From Lingula anatina (lineage: Eukaryota; Animalia; Brachiopoda): DNA of 64,000 nt. Shown piece by piece: positions 1-12,286 of the stretch (positions are counted from its first letter, which is position 1; every line of letters starts with the position of its first letter). The position numbers and the translations under genes are program-made. The notes below the pieces were generated by a model. It was given only the letters and a program-made list of their open reading frames with translations. It did no database searches and was not told where the DNA came from. Where the stretch lies: contig CM120648.1 of assembly GCA_051362555.1 (NCBI GenBank), forward strand, positions 10,226,587 to 10,290,586. The letters run 5' to 3'.

Positions 1-655
1 AATACCTTGTATCGTTCACTCCCCCACTGGCCCCGCCTTCCTGACATGCAGCGATGACTTCAGAGCAAGGTTCTGGTACAAGAAAGCTTTGGACTAGCAC
101 TGTCCTGGTTATGGATTGGGTTGTATTGATTGAGTAGCCATTTCCTGGCCAAGAGTGATCAGACGCAGTGGTTTTAGCCTCTTGGTTATAGCGCCATCTA
201 TCAATCCTGTGATTTGGATGTTGTCCAATGGGACAGGAGGCCTGCTGTTGATGTTGAGTTTTCTTGACAAAAGAAATTGCAGAGAGTTTGCTGCATTTCT
301 GTGGCTGGTTCAGAATTGGATTTTATGGTAACCTGGGGATTTTACAGTTATATATGTGGCCCATTGTCTTAAAACATAAGTGAGTGGGAAGATATGCTCA
401 TGGCTGCAAAAACTTTGAAAGAAAATCACCCGTTGTGCTGGGCCAAGACTGAATTATACCACAGCCGGTTTACTGAAATTAGACTGAGAAAAGTTTGAAA
501 AAAAACCCTGTTTTTACAGCGCTGACAAGGCAGTAGTCTTGAGGATTTGACTGTAAAGGGAGGGAGAAGAAAAAAGTAGGAGATAAAAAGTAGTTTAACG
601 CCTTTGTAATTTTGCATGTATTTCTGTATCTGTATCGGTTAGAGCAAATAAAAAT
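1..655 (+). mobile_element. Possible decayed 3' end of an L1/Tx1-type LINE
   Basis: Broken frames give HCPGY...SHFL...W (resembles the C-terminal zinc-knuckle region of L1/Tx1 ORF2) and FLWLVQNWILW, followed by AATAAA at ~647. Very degenerate. Confidence 0.3.
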
Positions 656-2396
656 CACTTTATCAATTCCAAGGCGATGAACATTTTTGTTCAGGATACT
701 GCCTCTGTCGCGCCATTCAGTGCTATAGATGCCAACATTATCATGAAATACTATAATAATCTATACCAGTAGTATAGAGAAAACGTGCTAGCGGTGTTAG
801 CCCATATGGTCTGACCGGAAACTATGTTTAGATACGAGCATATGCTGTTCCATTTTTGCGAGTGTGAAATATGAACTCCAAATATCCCAAAGATATTACT
901 TGTCCGTTAACGTCATATTCCTAACCAATGTGCCATGATTTAAATATTTAGACCGGAACATATTCTCTTTTGACTTTGACCGTTACTATCAAAGGAAAGG
1001 TAGAAGAGCGCGAGTGAGTACTGCTAAGCAACCAAGGCAGTCCCTTCAAAAACGCCAAGGTCAAATACCCTTGTTACCGGCAATATAGGCCTTTCTGTTG
1101 GTTAGAAGGTATAAATTATTCCGAAAGGGCAAAGTGTTGTCTTTTACTGACGACCTACTGAAAATTTGGCGCATTTAGTGCGGTTCACGACCTTTAATAT
1201 TTATTAATTGAAACTTCTTTTAGTAAAATATGTAAACAAAAGTTACCACGACGTACAACACGCTTCTACTTGGTCGGCCATTTCCTCGGTGGCCGTCATG
1301 GATGCGCCATACGCGGAGAATTTACAGGTACGTTTGTACGCCTTTAGACTATAAACTCATTTCGCAGTTCGATTTTCGAATTTTACTGTCACAAATGAAA
1401 TTCACCTGTCTCTATCTTCGTTACGATTGGCTCAAAACTAGATGAGGAATGGTACATTAGGGTAACTATTAAAAAAAAATTAATAGTCTCTAGTACGTTA
1501 ATAAAGCTTTTTATTTCTTCAAAATTAGTAAGCCAATCGATAGAGATGTAAGATAATGGTACAAAGAAAGACAAAATTACCAGAAAATGATAATGTTAAA
1601 GTTTATTTATTTGCCTGCTAAAAAGTAGTAACCGGGGGTGCAAATATGACACTGGTCTATTTCAATTCTGTCCAACCGCCACTCTCGAGTTTCGATGCCA
1701 AATTTTCTATTCTCATCGTATAAACACTAAGAGGCCTTTTTTCATTTGCTTTTGATCGAATCACCGGTTACGTGATTTTAAGCATCTACATGAAACCTGA
1801 ATAAGCAATTTTTCAGTCCTTGAAAGTGAACTTTATGATTCAAAGAGAATGCAACCTATACGCTGCTGGATTTTCTCCTTGGTCAACTGAAGAGATAAAT
1901 AGAATGATTTAAGATAACAAATCATCTCTTAACACAGTTCATACACTAGATATCGGTGCAAGTGACACATAAAATGCGCACTGAATTTTTCTGTGGTATA
2001 TCTCCCTTGCTAATATTGTGGTTTTAACCACACTGTCCACATCTACATAAGTGGCCAAGAAAAGCGTTTCTACGCGAAGAAGAATGTTGAATAAGCGAAA
2101 ATACATTATGGGCATAATGACCAAGTGGATTTTGTCACTATTCAGCCATGTACTCTTGGTTTTCAACATGAATGCCTGATTGTTTTACAAATAATGATCA
2201 GTCTCTAATTTATCACTGAATTAAGTCATTTATCTCTAAATTGCGAAAAAATGCCCCGAAACGCGTTCAAATTGTGCAAAGGGTTATAGGCGTGAATCAT
2301 TGGTTTGCATTGCTGCAACGGGCCCTGACGTCACTTAGGCAGGTGCAGTGTGACGTCACCGACCTAAAAGTCGTGACGTCAAGGTTAAATGACTGT

Positions 2397-3444
2397 TTAA
2401 TTGCAAGGGCCCAGGTCATCAATCTTAACCGACCCACTGCGAGCATTCATGCCGTCATAGATCCCTTCCACGCTGTACTTGTAGCTGTTGCCGTTCACAA
2501 GGTCGATCTGCATGTTGGCCTTGTACTCCGTGTCTATGGAGTCGGCGTACATGGTACCTGTGGCATACAGCTTTCGGTTTGGAGGGCACTTGATCGGCCA
2601 TTCCCACGTGCGCTGTTCCGTTGTCGTTGTGGACCTCCCGTATGAGGCACTCGCGGTGACCTTCCAGGTTGAACTGACCTCGACGTCTGCAACCCCTGGG
2701 ATACCCCCGGAGACCGTTGTCTGCAAAGAGTACTCCAAACCTGTGGTAATGCTCCACTGTCGCGTAATGGTGACGGATCGGGAACCCTTCACGGTGTAGG
2801 TCTGTTCCACGGACGATTCATTGGTGATCCTCTGCTGGACGACGGTTTCCGGGACCGAGGCGACAATCTCCGTGTCAAGATTTGGGTAGGTTACGTCCAC
2901 CAATCGTGCCTGCTTAATTGGATGTAGTATGGCGAACCCCAGACTGTCGACGTCCTCGCCCCCGGCGCCGAACATTCCGCAGACGATGCCGGAGCCCACA
3001 TCCGGCCAATAACGGCCGTTTTCATCCAACCAACGTGAGAAGATTCCCCAGTCGCGCCCTTTGTCCGTCTGCAACCAGATGGCGCCGAGACGATGATTCC
3101 CGCCAGAGCTGGTCTCTCCGCTGGCCTGGATGTTGAGCTTGGTCAGCTTCTCGCCGCTGTTCAAGCGAAACTCGCTGGAAGCTCCAGATCGCTTCCCAAC
3201 AAGGTGAGACTTCCCGTCGCTCATCCACATCTCCACTCCACGGATACGCCAATCGTCTTTCCAGGCTTTTAGCCTGGTCATAATGGCGCCGTCGTCCAGC
3301 CTTACGTACGTGAATGGCGTTCCGCCATTTCCGCCAGAGGCCTGAAAAGGAAAGTCAGGTCTCACTACTAATTACAATCCATGAAAATTTCCCTCCCAAA
3401 TCTCCCCCCCCCCCCCTCCAAAAAAAAAAAAAAAAAAAAAAGAA

Positions 3445-3491
<47 letters not shown>

Positions 3492-4084
3492 AATAATATA
3501 AATAATAGTTATAATGATAAATTTCGGTAGCTCTCTCCAATTCCCGCCAATCCCATCAGAGAACTGAAATTATTACTGTGCATGAACCCCTCCCACCCTA
3601 CCACCTGGCCTACCAACTTTATCTTTTGTAGTTCACTCTAAGTTCAGATCTCCAACCACCATAGAGCGTGCTATACACTATTGTGCTGCAAAAATAGGCG
3701 GAAATCTTCAATTGCGGCAGTAACCGGTTTATATTAAATACCACACTTTTTTTTCTTTTTCTTTTTAAGTTTTGTAAGTGAATAGTTTTGTGAAGTGGCA
3801 TGTAGGACCTCATTAAACGAGCACCAATTCTGTACAGTCACTTTCACAGCGAAAGTGCAATGTCGAAAAACGTAATTCCGAATTAATTCATTTTAATTCA
3901 AATATACTGCAATATGTTGCATAAAATCGCGCATAATTAGGGCAAGGACATGTTTTCTTAAATACAATTTTCGCGACGAACCCCGTACCGATCTGTAGTG
4001 CATGCAGTATGGTAAGAATTAACATACCTGATTGGTGGTGAAATACCTCTTGTCAATGCTGCTGAATTCTTTGAGGTGAGGCAT
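2397..4084 (-). CDS. Aerolysin-like pore-forming protein with N-terminal jacalin-type lectin domain (Dln1/natterin-like), copy 1, 333 aa, 2 exons
   Basis: Exon 1 4028..4084 (MPHLKEFSSIDKRYFTTNQ, donor CAG|GTATGT) joins in phase 0 to exon 2 2397..3341 (acceptor ttttcag|GCC). Jacalin motifs GGNGGTPF and DVGSG..CG..GAGGEDVDSLGF; aerolysin Ser/Thr-alternating stem SVTITRQWSITTGLEYSLQTTVSGGIPGV. No signal peptide. Confidence 0.92.
3443..3495. repeat. (AAAT)n microsatellite next to poly-C and poly-A tracts in the aerolysin-1 intron
   Basis: Visible directly. Confidence 0.95.
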
Positions 4085-4183
4085 TCTGGAGTAAAGTGCT
4101 GTGATTCCTCGATCCTGGATGGATTTGGTGTATAACCAGCGGAGACAGCGTGACAGGTGGGAAGATGTGAAGCACGGGCGTTG

Positions 4184-4235
4184 TATTTATATGCATTTTC
4201 CACCCCTACTTCTGCGCAAGGCCGACGCTGATTGG
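4184..4235 (-). promoter_or_regulatory. Core promoter of aerolysin-like copy 1 (TATA + CCAAT)
   Basis: Minus-strand TATAAATA at 4184-4191 and CCAAT at 4231-4235; the same 40-bp spacing recurs in copy 2. Confidence 0.75.
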
Positions 4236-6635
4236 TTGTCCTAGATATGTCGTGTACAGGAGTAGGTGTTTTGGCTGCTGTGACTTTGTTGCACTTACTA
4301 CCGGTACACTCCTGTATTTATTCTAACGTTTGATATGCAGAAAAAAGCATTTTTGATGACCTTGTTTATGGTCGCTTTTTCCATTTCCTGACACACATGT
4401 CAACTAGAGACAAACCGGACGTACACTGAATATTTTTAGACACCTGAAAACCATGGGCCCGGTACTCGGTAACCAACGAGTTAAGCCCACCCCCACAAGT
4501 ATCAAACTGTACCTTTTTTACCCCAGAATAAAGTCATTATACAAAAAAGTGGAAACTTGAGTCACGCCATTGGCGATCACATTTTGTGTAATCTTTGCAT
4601 GTAATTCTGCCTGTAGTCCAACATTTTCACTGCTTTATACCATGCCCCCTCTCCCATCCAAGTATGGAAAGACAAAAAAAAAAAGTCAATTAAATGTCGC
4701 ACGAAACAGCTATGCAAATAGGCTATCACACAAAATGTGTGCGTCGTCGACGTCACTCATGTTCACTACTTACGTCGACAGGACTTATCATTTTACACCA
4801 GGTTTTAAAGGTCAGCGAAAAATTTATGAAGATTCAAAATGGAAGAAAATTTTGAGGGCAGACATATTTCCTGTCTTGTGCTTATTTATCATTTATATAA
4901 TCGGATTTATGTCTAACCCTATATGATAACCTTGAACTTCATACAAGCCGCCTCTATTATACAAACTAAGATAAGATAACCGTAAAATCACGCGTTGCAG
5001 TAACCTTGCCTATGCGTACGCCCCGTTTAAAGGTAAAAAAGTTTAAATATTAGCTTTAAATAATAACATTTGACACAGTGTGCTTCAACGATTTTTTTTC
5101 TTTATGGCAAATGAGCTTTTGCGCTGCTTCATCATCCATTCATACATCATAGCCTTTTCATACCTGAGCAGGATGTGATAATTATGCAGTTCGGTTTGTC
5201 TTTAATACATAGTCATTTCATCTCTTTATAAGCTTCTCTGAACATTCTAATGTTTTGATGGCTGTCTTACAAAAATCTTACAAGTTCAGGGTAAGGTTAA
5301 ATAACACCTGCGTTGGCCTCGGTTAAAAAAATAGAAAAAGAAGATTAAGTCTACGACCCAAAGGCTCTCTCGCCTGCGTCGCAGGTCAAAACAGACCATA
5401 TTCCGGCATTCAATGCATATCAAGCACAAAAGATGTCCTCTTTTGACGAGAATTAAACACCCCCTTCCTTTGAAAATGGTTTATTTTGTACTTGGACATG
5501 GACATGGACTACAACGATTCGCAATTTTCGTCCATGTTTTGTATCTGCTTATCTTCGGAGGAGCAACACGTTCCTAACCTCGCATTAACCTTTCGTGTGA
5601 TAGCCACAAAATCATGCAATGGATATGGGGCGGTCAAGTGACCTGACCGCAATTATCTCTTTTATTTTATTTGCTTGTGATGCATTTGCGCGTAGTATGC
5701 ATACTGGCTTTGTTCAGCATAAATTCAGTCGACATTTTAAATGTAAAACGGTTCATGATGAAGATACGAACGTTCAGACGAGAACTATTTTGAAACGAAA
5801 ATCTTCCAAGTGGCCTTCTAGCTTTGCGTATTTGATTGTTTTTCTCCATTCTAGTATTTATGAAAGTTCCGGGGTACAGTTCTAAGTGTCTTCGATGGCA
5901 TACCCCAATTTTTCAGATATAAGAAGTATCAGTCCTCATTAACAATAATTACAACTTGGAGCCGTGAATTAGTGACTTTGATATCCGAATTAATGACTTT
6001 GAACCACAGTTTCCTGTTCCAAATGGGAGCATTGCATTATTGGCTGCGAGCAATTTAAATTGTTTTGGCCAGTTTTAATCTGGGTCTTTTGCTGTTTTTA
6101 CACGTTTTTTTTTCTTGACTGCAAACTACTTTCACTATGGCAGACGATCACAAGAAAATGCTCGTTAAAGCTTTTTGTGGTTCCTAATAAAATGACAACA
6201 TTTCTCTTCCTTCTATAAAAATAACGAAAGGGATGTAAGTGAAACGCACCATCAGGAAAATAATGAAGCAACAAAAATTTATCTTAAAAGAAATGCAAAG
6301 GCTGGATATATCCCGATCTGTTTTAGCCTAGGGTCCGAAAATAAATTAACAAATAAGTAAATAAATAAATAAATTGATGAGAAGCTTATGGTTGACCTTC
6401 TGACCTTGAAACACTTGTTGACAAACAAAAAGAAAGCTAGTGCGAACAATTCCAAGCAAACAACCAAAAACTGACCATTATAACAGGAAATTGCTGGACC
6501 ACATAATGTACAGTTGACTGTACTTTGCGGCTGTCAAAGCATAAGTAACATTAATGGACCCTCCAAACCTCAAACAATATAATAAATCAAGATGTTTTTC
6601 ACTGCGAAGATGACAGTTGTAGTTCGTACTGTTTA

Positions 6636-6857
6636 AGCCCCCTTTACACTGGACGGCGTCCTTTCTGCGTCCAGCAGTACGGCCCCATTTAAGAGTTAAA
6701 AATTATAATACTTTACGTGCCGACAACTGGTCGATCATTGAGCATTCATTCTGATACAAAATCAATGCTCGTGCCTCCTTATTTAGACCACAGCGATGCC
6801 AAATTTCATGGTCGCAGATAGGACGCAGAAAGGACGCAGTCCAGTGTAAAGGGGGTA
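6636..6857. mobile_element. PIF/Harbinger-type MITE (~220 bp)
   Basis: ~35-bp TIRs (AGCCCCCTTTACACTGGACGGCGTCCTTTCTGCGTCC ... GGACGCAGAAAGGACGCAGTCCAGTGTAAAGGGGG) flanked by TTA; second copy at 43196-43415. Confidence 0.85.
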
Positions 6858-8546
6858 TTAGGAAATAACGCAGATTAGACCACATACTCATAAAATCGAG
6901 ACGCATTCGTGGTCTTTCAAACTATGGTGGGGGGGGGGGGGGGGGGGGGGGGGTTCAAATTGAAAAATACATTTCATTGGGAACTTGCCATCCGCACTGT
7001 AAATATGACCTTGCGTAACTCTTTTTTTTTCTTTTTACCTGATATATTCAAACTTCCACTTAGAAACTATGTAGCATGCACGTATTTCCAAAACACAAGT
7101 ACCCTTTAAACGGTTGGTTACAGTTACATTGTAAACAAATCCCTTTACTGAAATTAGGCAAGTCGCATTCAAAATTTTCCAAAACAAAAGCATCATTAAA
7201 TAATGTCTGTCCACCAAAACTGAATAAACTAAAATCTGCTAATGGATTATGAGACTAAACTTTTCTTTCGTTTACTACACTAAATTCAAGATGCACCTTG
7301 CTAAGTTTTCGGTCACTCTGTGACCTTCCTCTGTAGGCGTATGTGTATCCATGAAACTGAGCACTTATATATTTACTATGGTCTCAGTAAGAGTGCTGTC
7401 CCGTATGTGCGACAGTTGGCGTCTCTTCCTTGTCAGTTCAAGCTTCGGTTGTGAGCACAGATGTAAATAATCTCCTTGACCCCCCCCCCACCCCCCCCCC
7501 ACCCCCCCACCCCCCCCCCGTCCCCCACCCCCTCTCAAGATCTCAAACAAGCTTTACTACCTGTGCATGTTCTTTCCACGGGATATGGTGCCCCGGTTTC
7601 TTCGAGTGAATGTGTGTAAAGACCTTTTAGGTGGTGGAGCTTCTTCTCTTGTGTTCCATGATCCAAGAGTTCTTTCTGTCTCCCCGATGTATTTATTGTC
7701 ACATCCACAGTCCTTGTCCCCGTGGCTCTTAAAATGATCGATCGAAGCACTTATAGCTTCCCTGTATGTCTTGTCTTTGGGGTTAGGGCTGTCTTGGGCT
7801 GTTAATGGATTATTTTAAAAACTGTTTAAATACCATGGCGGGTTTGAATTTAAGTTACTTTTGCACATGTTATAATATTTTGAGCACCCTGTACTAGTTA
7901 ACCTGCGGCTAGAGGGAACATATGCATTATACTGTGTCAGCTTTTCCATGTATAATAGAGCGGCATGGCAAACTAGTGTAAGGGGGCGTGGTCGCTGCCG
8001 TTGTATTCAGTGTGTGTGTGTGGGGGGGGGGGGGGGGAGCGATCACTTTCTCAACCCACCCCTAAAATTAGAAGAGAATTATGAAGCTGACAGTGATGTA
8101 AATTTTCAAAGTCGCTTTTATCGGGGAGATTTGGTCATCCGCGCGGGAGACCAGGAGATTCGTTCTGTATCCGGGAGACTCCCGGGTTATCTGGGACAGT
8201 TGACATGAAGGCATTTGTATGAAACCATGGTGGCTCCTTTACAAGTTGAAAACGTTGAAGCACTAGCTTAAAGAATGCATAATCCATGTATGCAATTGAA
8301 CGGGTGATATTTTTTTCAACTGAAGTTGGTAAAAAACTTAACAAAGGTTTCTCACCTGAATATAGTCCACTGGGGGCCAGCACATCCTAAACTATATCAC
8401 AACGAAATCCAAAATGGCAGACAGCGTGAAGGGGAGGAAATTATAATCCAAATGGATAAATTAAAAGCTACAGGAGGTATCATTTCCAACAAATAAATGT
8501 ATGGCCCATTTTTCTATAACAGAATGGAAGTCATAACAGATCAAGG

Positions 8547-8548
<2 letters not shown>

Positions 8549-8594
<46 letters not shown>
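8549..8594. repeat. (CA)n microsatellite
   Basis: Visible directly. Confidence 0.95.
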
Positions 8595-8596
<2 letters not shown>

Positions 8597-8794
8597 CGGT
8601 TGAAGCTCCAAAAAGGGCAAAAGCCGCTATGGTTTCATACATAGTAATTTCATAAACCACACAGTCGACACTTTTGAATGGATAGCAGTCGGTGCCAGGG
8701 CAAATAACACTAATTTGTTTATGCAACATCGTTTGAAATATTTCTTTCACCCGACCGCATCCCGGATCTTTAAAGTCAAAGTTCTATAGAATTA

Positions 8795-9659
8795 CAATCG
8801 GCAATCCTCGGCTCATTTCGCAAGCTCCATACAATCAAACATTGATGCCTCCGTAGCACACGAACGAAACGTAGTGCCTCGATATGAAACCAGACAACTT
8901 TTGTGTTTTTAATCTCCAAATACGAAAAATAATCAATTAAGCTAATAAATAAGCTAACGTTAAGAACATATTATATCGTTTGTTTTATATTAATTATTAT
9001 TTAAGATCATAATAATAAACAAGTTGCATTTCGATGTACTCCACGCTATGACCTTTATATAAAAATAGCAATTTTTACGAGATTAAAAATTGTATCGCAT
9101 TGTTTGGTTCCATTGCCTCGCTTTCAAAAATTAAAACAGGCGCTCCAATATCGTAAAACGAAGTTAAAAATTTTATATTGGCCGAGTTCCCCCACTGTTA
9201 AGAATATCCTCGCAGCATTAACTGCAGTTAACCTTCCTACGATTTTCAATGTTTTTTGCAATATAATTTACAATCCTCCAGATGAAGAATTTTATTAATC
9301 AAGAGTGGGGGAGGGGTGGAAAATCCCCTTGGGGCCACATATAACACTATAAATGCGAAGGGAATCCCCCTTACAATGGCGGCAATTATGAATGTTAATC
9401 AGGAAAGTTCGATGGATTTGCTTTTTAAAACATACAATCAACAGAATATTTCTAATATAATTTCTTAAAACAACACCAGAAAGCAAATGAAATCAAATCA
9501 ACCAGACGGTAAACACCGACAGGCTTTGTCAATTTCACCATTTGTTTATTTCAAACAGCGTACTGTTCGCGCATGTGCAGTAGTTTGAGACCTGTGCTTG
9601 CCTCCGTATCATGTCCGAGGTCATTGTCGAGTGCGGAGACATCCGAGTAGTTCCGAGTG
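8795..9659. mobile_element. Non-autonomous TIR DNA element with CA...TG ends and 8-9-bp TSD
   Basis: Flanked by ATAGAATT(A)/ATAGAATT(G); imperfect TIRs caatcggcaatcctcgg / ccgagtagttccgagtg; the empty site is present in the homologous segment at ~44150. Confidence 0.7.
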
Positions 9660-10704
9660 ATAGAATTGGGTCGATCATGTTTGACAAACCACAGGCAATA
9701 CCTGACTATTTGCAGTATGTCTGAATTACACTGTAGAAGCATATATAAAAAGATGATTCATGCTGCACTAAAACATCTTCGTTGAGGTGAAAATGATTTT
9801 CAAGTTTAAAGAATATTATTTAAATAAGGTGCATGAATAATGAGGTGAAAACGTGTTGTGATTGCGTTTTGTTGTGCCATTGTGTTTTTATGTTCGTGCA
9901 TCTAGTCATGTCATTGCGGTGTAAAGACAGCGTTCAGTTCATTCTCAGATAAACTGGCACCGTAAAAAACTCTTCATTTTCAGACTCTGGTTGAGAAAAT
10001 TGTAATGAAAATAAGCTTATACTTTATCAAGGCGAGTGTAAAAGTAAACCCAAAATAATTTACATATTCCTAGTGCCTTTTTGTTTGTTTATCTTAAAGC
10101 ACCATCGTGTAAATATTTTGTGTTATGTCTTATACGTTTTTATATTCACAAATGGCTACATAAAATGTTTTTATTATTTCTCATTCTGTCTTGTATAATT
10201 GTATGTACTTATTGCATGTACCCAATTAGCTAACACCTGCGAGGCATTTAAAAAGATACAATGGCAATGGGATTTACCAAAGAAACTACGTTACATGAGG
10301 TTTTCAAAAATGATGTGTTACAAGTCTATGTCTTTCAAGCCCACAGTGCAATTGATTAGAAAATAATTGAGGCCTGTCCTTATATTGTATTATCAGTTCT
10401 TGACAGATTTCATAAATGCAAGGTTTATTTTCGACTACTTTGTGGTAATTGGAAGACCATTTCATGTACTACCACTTAGTGTATTTCATGTTGTGGGGAT
10501 AGTATTGAACACAAGATTTAATAAGAGAACATCCTTATATCTTTACCTTTCTTTATTCTTTACCTTTGCAGCTGAGATTTTGTGGCAACGAGGAAGGAAA
10601 ACGAATAGACACTGAGGCCTATTTTTAGTGCTACGTTTAATGGTTTAACAGAGCTAAGGTGCTTCTCGTCTTCTCGCCAACTTTTTCAGCATTGCGTTTG
10701 TTGA

Positions 10705-12060
10705 ATGCGTGGCAACGTGTCTATGGACCAAATCGCAACTGCAGCATTTGACAAAAATGTAGGCAAATGGGCATGAGTATGAATATGAGTAAAATAATAG
10801 CTGAAAAAATAAATAGAAAACCTAAACCCTATACAATAAAGTTATGTATGAATGAATAAAAAGAATTAATCTCAGTGAATATGAATGACAACTACGTGCA
10901 ACTATTATGCATGAAATTGTATGAAATTCGAAGTATGTGGTGAAATAACAAAAAGTTTCCGAATTGTTGCCAGGAAACATGTGCAGGGTTTGTATAATGG
11001 TCAGGTAAAAGGCGTGAGTTGAAGCTTTAAGCTGCTTCATGGGTCTATGGCATTACATGGATGGTTGCACCATTTTTGTTCAGTTAAATACATCACAAGA
11101 ATGCACAAAATGTAATCGTTTGTTGATTTAGGAAGATTTAAACACCGAGTGGGCGACAGGCCTTTTTTAAAAGATTTTCGGTCAACAAACTCACCAAAAG
11201 GTCTTGTTTTTTGATAATAACCCAACCGCTGTTTGCACGGACTGGCAACACAAACGATAGGTGGACGAATATACCTGTAAATTACGCGCATTGAATCATA
11301 AAGATGTTGTGACAAATGACGCGCGGGATTTATTATTCATTGGTACCCGTCGCAGTGCAGTGATTTTTTTTTCACAATTTAAATACGTTACTCTGGACAG
11401 TTTTATAGCGTTGGGGGTATTATAGTAGTCAGAAGCAATATTCTTTTGTGGAAAGGTTCAATATTCTTAATTCTATTAAATTTACAAATGAAAACATGCA
11501 CTTGAAATACGTGGGACGGACCAGGTGTTACTTGACCCCCTCTTGGTCGCAAAAACAAACTATTCTTGATGATTTAAGTTTACCTAGACAGTGGAATGGG
11601 CATGGAAAACTGGTTTTAAACTTTATTAGGGAAAACATGGAGAGTAGGCATAAAGAGATCAAAGTATAAAGAAAATAAACACGCAGACTTTAAAAACATG
11701 CAAATACCCTCACGACAGAGCGTTACGCTTACATTGATAATATGTAATTGTTGAAACTCAATCAAACATTTCCTCAAAGAGTATATATGTTGTTTTGATA
11801 CAGAATTGAGTGTTAACAAGCAGAGTATCTTAACTAGCCATCAAAAGTACTAACATGCAAATACAACGTTTTTAATGTGGCTTTGCTCATTCTGTCAACG
11901 TAGTCTAATTAAAAACAAGGTCACGCCAGACATCAACATCTTCTATAAATTCTACATTTCATACCACAAGATTATAATGTATTTTGTTGTTTACATCTTA
12001 ATTACGGATCTCAAGCCAGTTTAGATTTGTCTCAGTTGAAAAAGTGCATAGACGTGTGTG
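10705..12060. repeat. Duplicated segment Z, copy A (3' flank of aerolysin-like copy 2)
   Basis: Collinear blocks shared with 15545-16868, e.g. accgagtgggcg, ggtgttac..gaccc, tttaagtttacctagacag, cgacagagcgttacgcttaca, catagacgtg. Confidence 0.85.
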
Positions 12061-12286
12061 AGTTGTATTGATAAAAATGTCACATTTAAACGAATAGTCT
12101 CTTGTCACGTATTTTCAACATTTAGCAGAATAGTTGCCAGGGAACATGTGCATATGTTTAAACGGTGCTAAGTAAAAAAGGCGTGAGTTGTAGTTTTCAG
12201 ATGCAACATCAGTCCACGATATCACATGAGCAAGCGCACAGTGACGTCACCCAACTGAAAACCGTGACGTCGGCAGTCTTGACTGA

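Noticed and set aside
2241-3252. Overlapping alternative-frame and antisense ORFs across the aerolysin exons (also 12378-13026)
   Set aside because: Expected by-product of a GC-rich exon with few stops; their conservation follows from the near-identity of the paralogs.
3342-3365. ORF-track start MRPDFPFQ for aerolysin-1 (and internal M at 13171 for copy 2)
   Set aside because: 3342-3365 is the intronic polypyrimidine/acceptor tract; a conserved upstream exon with ATG, TATA and CCAAT exists in both copies.
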